DNA from: Myxococcota bacterium
GTDB taxonomy: Bacteria; Myxococcota_A; Polyangia; Polyangiales; Sandaracinaceae
Reading direction: 5' to 3'
Length of the DNA stretch: 64,000 bases
Assembly (NCBI GenBank): GCA_036149055.1
Contig: JAYZQJ010000248.1
Location: 1-64,000, forward strand
Below are positions 31,835 through 41,718 of the stretch, in pieces; position 1 is the stretch's first letter; every line of letters begins with the position of its first letter. Position numbers and translations under genes: made by a program. The notes beneath the pieces are model-generated. The model did no database searches, had not been told where the DNA came from, and was given only the letters and a program-made list of their open reading frames with translations.

Positions 31835-32535
31835 GACGAGATGGGCGCGACGAAGCGATAGCCCCGACCGCGCACGGTGGCGATCCAGGCCGCGCCGCCG
31901 ATCGGCTCGAGCTTCGCGCGGAGCTGCTGCACGTGCACGTCGACGGTCCGCGTCCGCACGGTGCCGTCGTTGTAGCCCCACACGTCGACGAGCAGCTCCT
32001 CGCGGGTGACGGGGCGATGACGACGCTCCACCAGGTAGCCGACCAGCGCGGCCTCGCGCGCGGTGAGCCGGACGGCGGGCTCGCTCGCGATGCGCTGCGC
32101 GTCGAGATCCACCTCCAGCGCGCCGACCGAGAAGCGCCGAGGCCGCTCGGGCGCCGGGCGCGCGCGCCGCAGGAGGCCTCTCGCCCGGGCCGCGAGCTCC
32201 CGGACCCCGAAGGGCTTGGTGACGTAGTCGTCCGCCCCCGCCTCGAGCCCGGCGACGACGTCCTCCTCGGCGCCCTTGGCGGTCAGGACGAGCACCGGCG
32301 TGTCGTCCCCGTGCGCCCGCACCCGCCGGAGCACGCCGAGCCCGTCGACCTTCGGCAGCATCAGGTCCAGCACCACGAGGTCGAAGCCGCCGCCCGCCAG
32401 ATGCTCGAGCGCCTGCGCCCCATCGGCGGCCTGCACGGTGTCCCACCCCTGCCCGGAGAACAGCGCGTCGAGCCCATCGAGGATCGGCTCCTCGTCCTCG
32501 ACCAGCAGCACCCGCGGCGCCCCCTCGTCCGACAT
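31831..32535 (-). CDS. OmpR/PhoB family response regulator
   Basis: LLVEDE, LDLMLP, GADDYVTKPF, RTVDVHV, TVRGRGY. Confidence 0.95.
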   Translation of the reverse strand: MSDEGAPRVLLVEDEEPILDGLDALFSGQGWDTVQAADGAQALEHLAGGGFDLVVLDLMLPKVDGLGVLRRVRAHGDDTPVLVLTAKGAEEDVVAGLEAGADDYVTKPFGVRELAARARGLLRRARPAPERPRRFSVGALEVDLDAQRIASEPAVRLTAREAALVGYLVERRHRPVTREELLVDVWGYNDGTVRTRTVDVHVQQLRAKLEPIGGAAWIATVRGRGYRFVAPISS

Positions 32536-32606
32536 CGCCCTCAGGGTCTCACGCCCCCCGCCCTCGCGCACCGTACCGTTCGTAAGCCTCCCGTAAATTT
32601 CGTCTC

Positions 32607-33227
32607 GATCGGGGCGCTTCGGTGACTTCTTGGCTCTCGCCAAGGCGCCAAGCCGCAAAGGGGCTGACGTGGCCGCGCGATGGCGGCTCGCCGCCGGGTC
32701 CACGGCTGCAATTTATCCCTCGCAGAGGCGCAGAGACGCAGAGAACGAGGCGGGCCGCGCGATGGAGACTCGCCGCCGCGTCCGTGATCGTCCTTCGCTT
32801 GGCCAGGGTGGATCGGTGCGCTTCGGTGGCTTTTTGGCTCTCGCCAAGGCGCCAAGCCGCAAAGGGGGCGATATGGCCGCGCGAAGACGGCTCGCCGCCG
32901 GGTCCACGGATGCAATTTATCTCTCGAAGAGGCGCAGAGGCGCAGAGACGCAGAGGACGGGGCGGGCCCCGCGATGGAGACTCGCCGCGGCGTCCGTGAT
33001 CGTCCTGCGCTCGGCCGGCGTGGATCGGTGCGCTTCGGTGGCCTTTTTGGCTCTCGCCAAGGCGCGAAGCCGCAAAGGGGCTGACGAGGCCGCGCGATGG
33101 CACATCGCCGCCGGGTCCACGACTGCAATTTATCTCTCGAAGAGGCGCAGAGACACAGAGGACGGGGACGGGCCGCGCGATGGAGACTCGCCGCCGCGTC
33201 CGTGATCGCCCCTGTACTCGGCTCGTC
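32607..33227 (+). repeat. Tandem array, three units of about 205-212 bp
   Basis: Units start at 32607, 32811 and 33023 with gatcgg(g/t)gcgcttcggtg; each has two CGCNNAGN triplets. Confidence 0.9.
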
Positions 33228-33298
33228 GATCGGGCGCTCCTCCGTGGTCCCCAGGAGCGCCCCGCGTAGGGTCGGGCAGGCACGCCCCGGCCAGTCGC

Positions 33299-34290
33299 CA
33301 TCCCGCCGCCACCCAACCCCTTGGCGGCTTGGCGCCTTGGCGAGAGCACAAGAAGCCACCGAAGCGCACCCATCCACCCGGCCGAGCGCTCGGCGACCAG
33401 GAAAGCGGCGGCCAGTCCCCAGCCCGCGGCCCGTCCTCTGCGACTCTGCGCCTCTGCGAGAGACAACATGCAAACCGGCACCCGCCGGCCAGCCGCCAGC
33501 CCGCGGCCAACCCAGCCCCTTGGCGGCTTTGCGTCTTTGCGTGAAATAATTTGCCCCCCAAGCCCTCGAAGTTCGAGAACGGCCCCCCGAGCCAGGGGAG
33601 CCGGGCACCCGCCGGCGAGCATCCATCCCGCCGCCACCCAACCCCTTGGCGGCTTGGCGCCTTGGCGAGAGCACAAAAGGCCACCGAAGCGCACCCGTCC
33701 ACCCGGCCGAGCGCTGGGCGACCAGGGACGCAGCGGCCAGCCCCCAGCCCGCGGCCCGTCCTCTGCGACTCTGCGTCTCTGCGAGAGACAACCTGCAGAC
33801 CGGCACCCGCCGGCCAGTCGCCATCCCGCGGCCAACCCAGCCCCTTGGCGGCTTTGCGTCTTTGCGTGAAATGAATTGTCCCCCAAGCCCTCGAAGATCG
33901 AGAACGGCCCCCCGAGCCAGGGAAGCCGGGCACCCGCCGGCGAGCATCCATCCCGCCGCCACCCAACCCCTTGGCGGCTTGGCGCCTTGGCGAGAGCAAG
34001 AGAAGCCACCGAAGCGCACCCGTCCACCCGGCCGAGCGCTGGGCGACCAAGAACGCGGCGGCCAGCCCCCAGCCCGTCCTCTGCGACTCTGCGCCTCTGC
34101 GAGAGACAACCTGCAGATCGGCACCCGCCGGCCAGCCGCCATCCCGCCGCCAACCCAGCCCCTTCGCGTCTTTGCGTCTTTTCGTGAAATAAATTGTCAC
34201 TCGAATGCCCGCCGGCGAGCATCCATCCCGCGGCCACCCGGTCCCTTGGCGGCTTGGCGCCTTTGCGAGAGCACCAAGAGCCGCCGAAGC
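33299..34290 (-). repeat. Tandem array, about three 325-bp units plus a partial unit, inverted relative to the left array
   Basis: Units start at 33299, 33624, 33949 and 34224; each full unit has three reverse-complement CGCNNAGN triplets. Confidence 0.9.
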
Positions 34291-35667
34291 CTAACGAGCA
34301 GGCGCAGGGGAGAGGTCGGCGGCGACCTCGCGGACCTCGCGGCGGGCGTAGAGGCCGGCGATCGCGCCGCTGATCAGGTTCGCGGCGGCGATGCCGAGGA
34401 AGAGGCCGGTGAGGTCGTAGAGCTCCGAGCCGAGCCACGCGAGGGGGATGGCGAGGAGCACGAGGCGGATGGCGGCGAGCACGGTCGCCTTGAGGGGCTG
34501 ATCGAGCGCGTTGAACACCGACGCCACCAGGAGCGCGACGCCGAAGGCGGCGTAGCTGATGGGGACGGTGCGAAGGAAGAGCGTCGTCTGGGCGACGACC
34601 TCGGGGTCGTCGTTGAAGACTCGCGCGATCGGGTCGGCCACCGCCGCCAGCAGCAGCGCCGCGCCGAAGCCCCAGAAGAGCGACAGCTTGATCACGAAGC
34701 GCAGGGTCTCGCGGATGCGCTCTCCCTTGCCCGCGCCGAGGTTCTGACCGACGAACGGGGTGATGGCGGCGGTCATCGCGAAGACGCCGATCATCGAGAG
34801 CCCCTCGACCCGGGTGCCGACGCCGAAGGCCGCGACCGCGTGGGGGCCGTAGTCCGAGACGAGCCGGGTCACCGCGCCGGCGGCGAGCGGGGTCAGCAGG
34901 TTGGTGCCCGCGGCCGGCACGCCGATGCGGAGGATCGCCCTCCACGACGCGAGCGTGTCCTCGAGCTTCGGCAGCTCGAACGACAGCATGTGCTCGCGCT
35001 TGCCCAGCACGTAGAACGCCACCGCCATCGCGATGGTGTAGGAGCCCACGGTCGCGAACGCGGCGCCGCGGAGGCCCATCGCCGGGATCGGGCCCCAGCC
35101 GAAGATGAGCAGCGGGTCGAGCAGCGCGTTGGTCAGGCCCGCCGCGACCATCACGAAGCTCGGCGTCTTGGTGTCGCCGCTCGCCCGGATCGCGCCGTTG
35201 CCGACCATCGGGATCACGAGCAGGCCGACGCCCGCGTACCAGGGGACCATGTACTCGCGGATCAGCGGGAGCGTCTCCGCGTCGGCGCCGAGCAGCGTGA
35301 AGAGCGGGTCGAGGGTCGCGATGCCGATGGCCGAGACCGTCACCACGAGCGACACCGCCAGGATCAGCGAGTCGGTGGTCAGGCGCTTGACCCGGCCCTC
35401 CTCGCCCTTGCCGATCGCGCGCGCGATCACCGCGGTCGAGCCGATGCCGATCCCGATGGTGAGGTTGGTGACCACCATCGCGACCGGGAAGGTGAAGCCC
35501 ATCGCCGCGAGCTCGTGCGGGCCGAGCTGGCCGACCCAGAAGGTGTCGACGATGTTGAAGAACAGGATCGCCGCGATGCCGACCATCATCGGCAGCGTCA
35601 GGCGGATCAACGTGGGCCCGACCGGCCCCTCGAGCAGACGCCGCTGCCGGTCGGGATCCTTCTTCAC
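34291..35667 (-). CDS. MATE family efflux transporter
   Basis: IVDTFWVGQLG, GDTKTP, LLDPLLIFG, GAAFAT, VGQNLGAG. Confidence 0.93.
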   Translation of the reverse strand: MKKDPDRQRRLLEGPVGPTLIRLTLPMMVGIAAILFFNIVDTFWVGQLGPHELAAMGFTFPVAMVVTNLTIGIGIGSTAVIARAIGKGEEGRVKRLTTDSLILAVSLVVTVSAIGIATLDPLFTLLGADAETLPLIREYMVPWYAGVGLLVIPMVGNGAIRASGDTKTPSFVMVAAGLTNALLDPLLIFGWGPIPAMGLRGAAFATVGSYTIAMAVAFYVLGKREHMLSFELPKLEDTLASWRAILRIGVPAAGTNLLTPLAAGAVTRLVSDYGPHAVAAFGVGTRVEGLSMIGVFAMTAAITPFVGQNLGAGKGERIRETLRFVIKLSLFWGFGAALLLAAVADPIARVFNDDPEVVAQTTLFLRTVPISYAAFGVALLVASVFNALDQPLKATVLAAIRLVLLAIPLAWLGSELYDLTGLFLGIAAANLISGAIAGLYARREVREVAADLSPAPAR

Positions 35668-35716
35668 GGCGCCGTTCTAGGGCGTCGGCGCGCCTCCGAC
35701 AACGGGGGAGATCCGG

Positions 35717-36739
35717 CTACATCGCGTCGAGCGCGGACGCGGCGAAGGACACGACCGCCCACTGCTCGGACAGGCCGGCTTCGCCGAGGTCGGCGTGGCC
35801 GATCAGCGGGGTGCGCAGGGCGGTGGCGGACGGCAGCTCCCGGGCGATCCACTCGGCCTCGCTGGGGGCGACCAGAGGATCCCCCTCGCCGTGCAGCACG
35901 AAGACCGGGACCCGCACCCGGGCGAGGCGGCCGGCGGGCGACACCGCGGCCAGCTCGGCGGCGTGGCGCTCGGTCAGCCGGGCCAGCGCCTCGCGATCGG
36001 GCGCTCGTCCCTGGCGCAGCGCCTCGACGCGGGCGCGGGCCTCGGGGTGCAGCGCGTCGAGCTGGGGCGCGGTCCCCCGGAGCACGTCGCCGAGCGCGGC
36101 GCGTGCGCCCTCGGCGTCGTGCGCGAAGTAGTCCTCGGCGTAGGCGTGGGCGAGCACCTGCGCCCCGTAGCGCTCGGCGCCTTCCGTCACCCGGGCGCCG
36201 TCCGGCCCGGCGATGGGCTCTCCGCGCCACCAGGCGGCGAGGCGCGCGGCGTCGTGGTGGGCGCCGATCGTCCAGACGGCGCCGATCGCGGGCTCGTTCG
36301 AAGCGGCGACGAGCGCGAGGCCGCCACCGAAGCTGATGCCGACCACGCCGACCGTCGGCCGCCCCAGCGCGCGCGCCGCGGCCGCGATCTGATCGGCGGC
36401 CCCGGGGTCGAAGCGGAGCGCGCGCAGCGCGGGGATCTCGGGGGTGCTCACCACGAAGCCGGCTTCGGCGAGGAGCGAGGCGAAGCGGACGAGGCGGGGC
36501 TCGTCGATGCCGCCCGGGTGCGCGCCGTGCACCAGCAACAGAGGTGGCCCCTCGCCGCGATAGGTGCGGGATCGGAGCCCGGCGAGGGGGTGCTCCTCCA
36601 CCCGCACGTCCACCGGGCGCGCGTCCCCGAACCCCGTGAGCAGACGGGCGGCCCGGAAGTACCGAGCTCCGGGTCCCCAGGCGAGGGCGAGCCCCACCAG
36701 CGGGATTGCGATCATCATCGCCGTGCGCCGCCGCTTCAC
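35717..36739 (-). CDS. Alpha/beta hydrolase, N-terminally anchored
   Basis: LVHG, GISFGG nucleophile elbow, HGEGDPLV, GH. Start may be 36739 or 36718. Confidence 0.8.
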   Translation of the reverse strand: MKRRRTAMMIAIPLVGLALAWGPGARYFRAARLLTGFGDARPVDVRVEEHPLAGLRSRTYRGEGPPLLLVHGAHPGGIDEPRLVRFASLLAEAGFVVSTPEIPALRALRFDPGAADQIAAAARALGRPTVGVVGISFGGGLALVAASNEPAIGAVWTIGAHHDAARLAAWWRGEPIAGPDGARVTEGAERYGAQVLAHAYAEDYFAHDAEGARAALGDVLRGTAPQLDALHPEARARVEALRQGRAPDREALARLTERHAAELAAVSPAGRLARVRVPVFVLHGEGDPLVAPSEAEWIARELPSATALRTPLIGHADLGEAGLSEQWAVVSFAASALDAM

Positions 36740-36748
36740 GCCCCCAGC

Positions 36749-36797
36749 TTCACACTTCTTCATCGCCTCGCACGTCATGCCTTCACGCCGCGTTCAC
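36749..36797. promoter_or_regulatory. Candidate OmpR-family binding sites (TTCAY direct repeats)
   Basis: TTCAC/TTCAT at 36749 and 36759, TTCAC at 36782 and 36793, upstream of a two-component locus. Confidence 0.45.
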
Positions 36798-36822
36798 AGG
36801 TTCGATCGGGCAAGGAGGTCAC

Positions 36823-37350
36823 ATGTTCGGATTCATCATCGGTTTTCTGAGCCTCGCCGGGCTCATCATGGTGCTCAAGGGCGGGCGCCGTGGCTGCGGC
36901 GGGCGCGGCTGGCACGGCGGCGGCTGGCGCGGGCGACGCGGACGCTGGGGGCACCACGATCACGACCGCGAGCGCGGGCGTCACGGCTGGGGACGGCGCG
37001 GCATGCTGCGCATGCTCTTCGAGCGCCTCGACACCACGCCGGGTCAGGAGAAGGAGATCGCCGCGGCGGTCGACGAATTCGTCGCCAAGGCGCGCGAGCT
37101 GCGGGGCGAGTCCCGCTCGAGCCGCGACGACGTCGCGCGCCTGCTCCGCACCGAGACCCTCGACGAGAACATCCTGGGCGACCTCTTCGGGCGCCACGAC
37201 GAGAAGCTGCGCGACCTGCAGAAGGCGTTCGCGGACGCGCTCGGCCGCGTCCACCAGGCGCTCGACCCCGAGCAGCGCGACCAGCTCGCGCAGCTCCTCG
37301 AGACGGGCCGTGGCCCCGGCTTCGGCGGCCCCTACCGCGGTTGGGTTTGA
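36823..37350 (+). CDS. Spy/CpxP/heavy-metal-sensor-like helical protein
   Basis: AAGGAGG RBS; TM, Gly/His/Arg-rich linker, LDTTPGQ and LDPEQR (LTxxQ-like) motifs. Confidence 0.8.
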   Translation: MFGFIIGFLSLAGLIMVLKGGRRGCGGRGWHGGGWRGRRGRWGHHDHDRERGRHGWGRRGMLRMLFERLDTTPGQEKEIAAAVDEFVAKARELRGESRSSRDDVARLLRTETLDENILGDLFGRHDEKLRDLQKAFADALGRVHQALDPEQRDQLAQLLETGRGPGFGGPYRGWV

Positions 37351-37368
37351 AGGAAAGAGAGATTGATC

Positions 37369-37671
37369 ATGAAGCGCAGACTCCTCATCGGCCTGTTCAC
37401 CTTCGGCACCCTCTTCGGGTTCGGCTCCGGCTTCTTCTCGATGGCGCGGTGGCACCATCACCACCACCAGCGCCGCGCCGCCTTCGAGCGACACGTGGCC
37501 GACGTGTGCACCGACGCCGCGTACCGCGTCCGTGATCGCCGGCCCCGCGACGCGCCCCCGCCCCGCTGGGACGACCGGGACGATCGCCGCCGAGGCCACT
37601 GGTCCGAGGGTCGACGTCACCACGATCGGCGCTACGACGATCGCGGCTACGACGACCGCGACTGGCGCTGA
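37369..37671 (+). CDS. Small His-rich membrane protein
   Basis: N-terminal TM, HHHHH, FERHVADVC, Asp/Arg-rich tail. Confidence 0.75.
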   Translation: MKRRLLIGLFTFGTLFGFGSGFFSMARWHHHHHQRRAAFERHVADVCTDAAYRVRDRRPRDAPPPRWDDRDDRRRGHWSEGRRHHDRRYDDRGYDDRDWR

Positions 37672-37680
37672 AACCCCCGA

Positions 37681-37712
37681 GCCCCCGCCTCGTGCTCCCC
37701 CGAGGCGGGGGC
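37681..37712 (+). other. Perfect 12-bp GC hairpin between genes
   Basis: gcccccgcctcg-tgctcccc-cgaggcgggggc; no U-tract. Confidence 0.6.
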
Positions 37713-37738
37713 GACGCTTCTCCGATAGGATCACCGCG

Positions 37739-38422
37739 ATGGCCATCCGGGCACTCTTGATCGACGACGACGCGCGGCTCGCGGAGCTGCTCGAGGGCTA
37801 CTTCTCGGACCACGAGATCGCGCTCGAGGCCGCCCAGAGCGGGGCCGCGGGCATCGACGCCCTCGGCCGGGGCACCTTCGACGTGGTGCTGCTCGACGTG
37901 ATGATGCCCGGCATGGACGGCCTCGAGGTGCTCCGGCGGCTGCGGGGCAAGAGCGCGATCCCGGTGATCATGCTCACCGCGCGGGGCGACGAGGCGGACC
38001 GGGTGGTCGGCCTCGAGCTCGGCGCGGACGACTACGTGCCGAAGCCATTCAGCCCCCGGGAGCTGCTCGCGCGCATCCGGGCGGTCCTGCGCCGGGCGCA
38101 GCCGGAGGCCACGAGCGAGCGGATCGCGATCAGCGGCGTGGAGGTCGACGTCGGCGCGCGCAGCGTCCGCCTCGAGGGCGAGGACGTGGAGCTGACCGGG
38201 CTCGAGCTCGACATCCTGGTGGCCCTCATGCGCCGCGCCGGTCGCGTGGTGCCGCGGGACGCGCTCCTGAGCGAGGCGGGCCGCGACGACGTGGTCGTCG
38301 GAGAGCGCACGGTCGACGTGCACATCTCTCATCTCCGCAAGAAGCTCGGCGACGACCCCCGCGCGCCGGCGCGCATCCGCACCGTGCGCGGCGTGGGCTA
38401 CGTCTTCGTGCGCGACGCATGA
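37739..38422 (+). CDS. OmpR family response regulator (CpxR-like)
   Basis: LIDDD, LDVMMPGMDG, GADDYVPKPFSPRELLARI, TVRGVGY. Confidence 0.95.
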   Translation: MAIRALLIDDDARLAELLEGYFSDHEIALEAAQSGAAGIDALGRGTFDVVLLDVMMPGMDGLEVLRRLRGKSAIPVIMLTARGDEADRVVGLELGADDYVPKPFSPRELLARIRAVLRRAQPEATSERIAISGVEVDVGARSVRLEGEDVELTGLELDILVALMRRAGRVVPRDALLSEAGRDDVVVGERTVDVHISHLRKKLGDDPRAPARIRTVRGVGYVFVRDA

Positions 38423-39735
38423 CCGGCCATCGACAGTGCCGCCACGCGCAGCATCGGGGGCGCTGGCACGCCAAGAAGAGCCGGTGGCGCCGCAGCGGTC
38501 GCCTGCAGCGGCGGCTCTTCATGTGGTTCGGGGCGACCATCGTCTTCACCGCGATCGTGGTCGGGCTGATGTTCCGTCTGCTGTCGCCGACCGAGCGCTT
38601 CCAGCGTGACGCGGAGGGCTTCCAGCGCTTCGTGAGCGCCCGCTTCGAGCAGGTCTGGCGGCACCCGCCGGCCCGCGACGCGCTCGTGCGCGACCTGAAC
38701 CGGGATCTCCGCCTCGACGCCACGCTCTACGACGCGGGCGGCCACGTGCTCGTGCGGCACGGGGCGCGCTGCGACGAGGCCTGGGGCCGGATCCCGCTCG
38801 TGCGCCGCGACGGCCATCGGCTGGGCACCCTCGAGGTCTGCGGCGAGCCCTATCGCTGGGGCGGGTGGCGCTTCCCGGTGGCGCTGCTCGTGGGCGTGCT
38901 GATCCTCTGGGCGGCGGCCGGCATCCTCGCGCGCCGCCTCACCCGCCCGCTCCGGCGCCTCGAGGGGCTGGCCCGACGCATCGGCGAGGGCGACCTCAGC
39001 GCCCGCTCCGAGCTCGACCCGCAGCGTCACGGCGAGCTCGGCACGCTGGGCGTGACGATGGACGAGATGGCGGAGCGGATCGAGAAGCAGCTCGCCGATC
39101 AGCGGGAGCTGCTCGCCGCGGTCAGCCACGAGCTCCGGACGCCGCTGGGGCACCTCCGGGTGCTGCTCGAGATGGCCCGGGGCAAGCCGAGCGAGAAGAT
39201 GATCGACGACATCGAGGAGGAGGTCCTCGAGGTCGACGCGCTGGTGGGGCAGCTGCTGGCGAGCTCGCGGGTGGACTTCGGCAGCCTGCAGGTCAAGAGC
39301 GTCGACGCGGTGGAGCTGGCCTCGCGGGCCCTCGAGCGCGCCGAGCTCCCGCCGGACGACCTCGCGGTCGAGGGCGATCCCGCGCTGATGGAGGCCGACC
39401 CCACGCTGCTCGCCCGCGCGCTCGCCAACCTGCTGCAGAACGCCAAGCAGCACGGCGGCGGGGTCGAGGCGCTGACCATCCGCTTCCGGCCGACCGACGT
39501 GGTCTTCGAGGTGTCCGACCGCGGGCCCGGCTTCTCGGAGGCCGAGCGCGAGCGCGTCTTCGAGGCCTTCTACCGGGGCGAGCACCGGGCCGGCGCGAGC
39601 CTCGGCCTGGGCCTCTCGCTGGTGCGCCGGATCGCCGAGGCCCACGGCGGCCGCGCCTGGGTGGAGGACAACGCGCCGGGCGCGCGGGTGTGCTTCTCGC
39701 TCGACGCCGCCCCCGCGTCCGATCCCCGAGTTTGA
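38419..39735 (+). CDS. HAMP-domain sensor histidine kinase
   Basis: Two TMs, HAMP (LTRPLRRL), SHELRTPL, NLLQNA, DRGPG, GLGLS. Confidence 0.93.
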   Translation: MTGHRQCRHAQHRGRWHAKKSRWRRSGRLQRRLFMWFGATIVFTAIVVGLMFRLLSPTERFQRDAEGFQRFVSARFEQVWRHPPARDALVRDLNRDLRLDATLYDAGGHVLVRHGARCDEAWGRIPLVRRDGHRLGTLEVCGEPYRWGGWRFPVALLVGVLILWAAAGILARRLTRPLRRLEGLARRIGEGDLSARSELDPQRHGELGTLGVTMDEMAERIEKQLADQRELLAAVSHELRTPLGHLRVLLEMARGKPSEKMIDDIEEEVLEVDALVGQLLASSRVDFGSLQVKSVDAVELASRALERAELPPDDLAVEGDPALMEADPTLLARALANLLQNAKQHGGGVEALTIRFRPTDVVFEVSDRGPGFSEAERERVFEAFYRGEHRAGASLGLGLSLVRRIAEAHGGRAWVEDNAPGARVCFSLDAAPASDPRV

Positions 39736-39768
39736 CCCGGGGTGGGGCGCCGGAAATGATGCGGCGCG

Positions 39769-41718
39769 ATGGGCCTCCTCCGCGGCGCCGAGCGCGACCC
39801 GAACGCGCGTCTGATCGCGCTCGTGCTCGCGTCGGGGGTGCCGCTCGCCGCCTACCTCGCCACCGCCTCCGCCCACGACTACTGGCTGGACGCGGGCGAG
39901 TTCACCGCCCAGGCGATCTGGCTCGACGTCGCCCACCCGCCCGGGCACCCGCTCGCCGGCCTGGTCGGGCGGCTCTTCGCGCTCCTGCCGCTCGGCCCGA
40001 TCCCGCTGCGGGTCGCGATCGGACAGGCCTGCTGCACCGCGCTCGCCGCCGGCTTCCTCTTCGCCGCGATCGACACGACGGTCCGGGTGATCGGGGTGCG
40101 CCGCGACCGGCTCGCCCTCCCGCTCGCGCTCGGCGCCACTTGGATGATCGCGCTCAGCCACGCGTGGTGGTTCCAGGCGGTGCGGCCCGAGGTCTACGGG
40201 CTGCAGGCGCTGCTGATGGCGATCGTCATCGAGCGGATCGTGGCGCTCGAGGCGGCCTGGCCGACGCTCGACGTGCGCCCCCTCTACGTCGCCGCGCTCG
40301 CCCTCGGGCTCGGGCTCGCGAACCACCACCTCGTCGCCTTCCTCACCCTGCCCGCCGTCGCCTCGACCGCGGCGCGCGTCTACCGGGCGCGCGGCGGCAA
40401 GACGCTGCTGAAGGCCGGCCTCGCCACCCTGGTCGGGCTCTCGACCTACGTCTACCTGCCGGTCCGCGCGGCCACCGAGCCGCCCCTGAACCTCGGCGAC
40501 CCGAGCTCCGCCTCGCGGCTGTTCTGGGTGGTGAGCGCGAAGGTCTACCAGCAGAACAAGCTCACCGAGGCGCCGCAGCCGCTCGACGAGCGCCTCCGGG
40601 ACGTGCTCCGGGTGGTGGGCGAGAGCTTCGGCGGCGCGATCCACGATCCGCTGAACGTGGCGCTGTGGGCCTTCGGGGTGCTCGGCGTGGCGCTCATCGG
40701 CGCCTACGCGCTCCTCCGCACCGCGGGCGCGCGGCGCATCGCGTTCGTCTGGGTCGCCCTCGTGCTCTTCGTGCTCACCGGGCCCGCGTGGCTGATGTCG
40801 GTGAAGAACAACCCCGACGTGCTCGGCTACATGATGGTCGGGCTCGCGGCGCTCATCGCGCTCGGCACCGGGCTGCTCGCGACGGTGCTCGCCCGGGTCG
40901 GTCAGCGCCCCGACGGGACCCCGAAGCTGCCCGCGCTGCTCGTCGGCGTGCTCGCCGCGGGGCTCGGGCTCGCGCACCTCTCGCCGAGCGCGGGGCGCGC
41001 GTCGCTGACGAGCTTTCACGCCACCGACGACTTCGACGAGGAGCGCATCCGGCGCCTGCCCGACGACGCGGTGGTGGTGCTGCATCGGCCGCAGACCGTG
41101 TTCCGCCACTGGTCGGCGATGGCCGCCGAGCACGTGCGCCCCGACGTGACCGTCGTGCCGATGCCCTTCCTCGACTACCCCGGCGTGGTCGAGGCGCTGG
41201 CCGCGCGCGATCCGGACCTGGCGGAGCTGCTCCGGGGCTACCTGCTCGAGGGCGAGCTGCGTCAACCCGATCTGCAGTCCCTCGCCGCCCGCCGGCCGCT
41301 GCTGGTCGAGATGGACCTGCGGGTGCCGACCGATCTCTACGAGACGATGGTCCCGGCCGGCCTCTACTACGAGGTGGTGGACGCGGGCGCGACCGACACC
41401 GACGTCATCGAGGCGGCGGAGCCGCACGCAGCGGTCCTCGGCCGGCTCTACGCGCACCTGGGCGAGCACGGCGTGGAGGAGACCGAGACCCAGGGGCACC
41501 TGCTCTGGCTCCACTACATGGACGCGCTCTACTACGCGTCGGTCGGCGCGCGCGACCCGGCCCGGGACGCGGTCCGGCGGGCCCTGGCGCTCCGCCCGGA
41601 GAGCGCCGAGATCCGGGCGCTCGCGGCGGCGCTGGCGGATCCCGAAGCCGAGGGCCCGCTGAACGTCTCGCCCTTCGTGGTCGGCGCCCCCCGGCGAGGC
41701 GTATCCTCGGATCCATGA
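39769..41718 (+). CDS. DUF2723/TMEM260-like GT-C glycosyltransferase with C-terminal TPR-like region
   Basis: DAGEF, AHPPGHPL, EVYGL, GLANHH, YLPVRA; multiple TMs. Confidence 0.85.
   Translation: MGLLRGAERDPNARLIALVLASGVPLAAYLATASAHDYWLDAGEFTAQAIWLDVAHPPGHPLAGLVGRLFALLPLGPIPLRVAIGQACCTALAAGFLFAAIDTTVRVIGVRRDRLALPLALGATWMIALSHAWWFQAVRPEVYGLQALLMAIVIERIVALEAAWPTLDVRPLYVAALALGLGLANHHLVAFLTLPAVASTAARVYRARGGKTLLKAGLATLVGLSTYVYLPVRAATEPPLNLGDPSSASRLFWVVSAKVYQQNKLTEAPQPLDERLRDVLRVVGESFGGAIHDPLNVALWAFGVLGVALIGAYALLRTAGARRIAFVWVALVLFVLTGPAWLMSVKNNPDVLGYMMVGLAALIALGTGLLATVLARVGQRPDGTPKLPALLVGVLAAGLGLAHLSPSAGRASLTSFHATDDFDEERIRRLPDDAVVVLHRPQTVFRHWSAMAAEHVRPDVTVVPMPFLDYPGVVEALAARDPDLAELLRGYLLEGELRQPDLQSLAARRPLLVEMDLRVPTDLYETMVPAGLYYEVVDAGATDTDVIEAAEPHAAVLGRLYAHLGEHGVEETETQGHLLWLHYMDALYYASVGARDPARDAVRRALALRPESAEIRALAAALADPEAEGPLNVSPFVVGAPRRGVSSDP

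Noticed and set aside
32607..34290. CRISPR array or repeat-protein ORFs
   Set aside because: The linkers are themselves repeated rather than unique spacers, the periods are 205-325 bp, no cas genes are present, and no frame looks protein-like.
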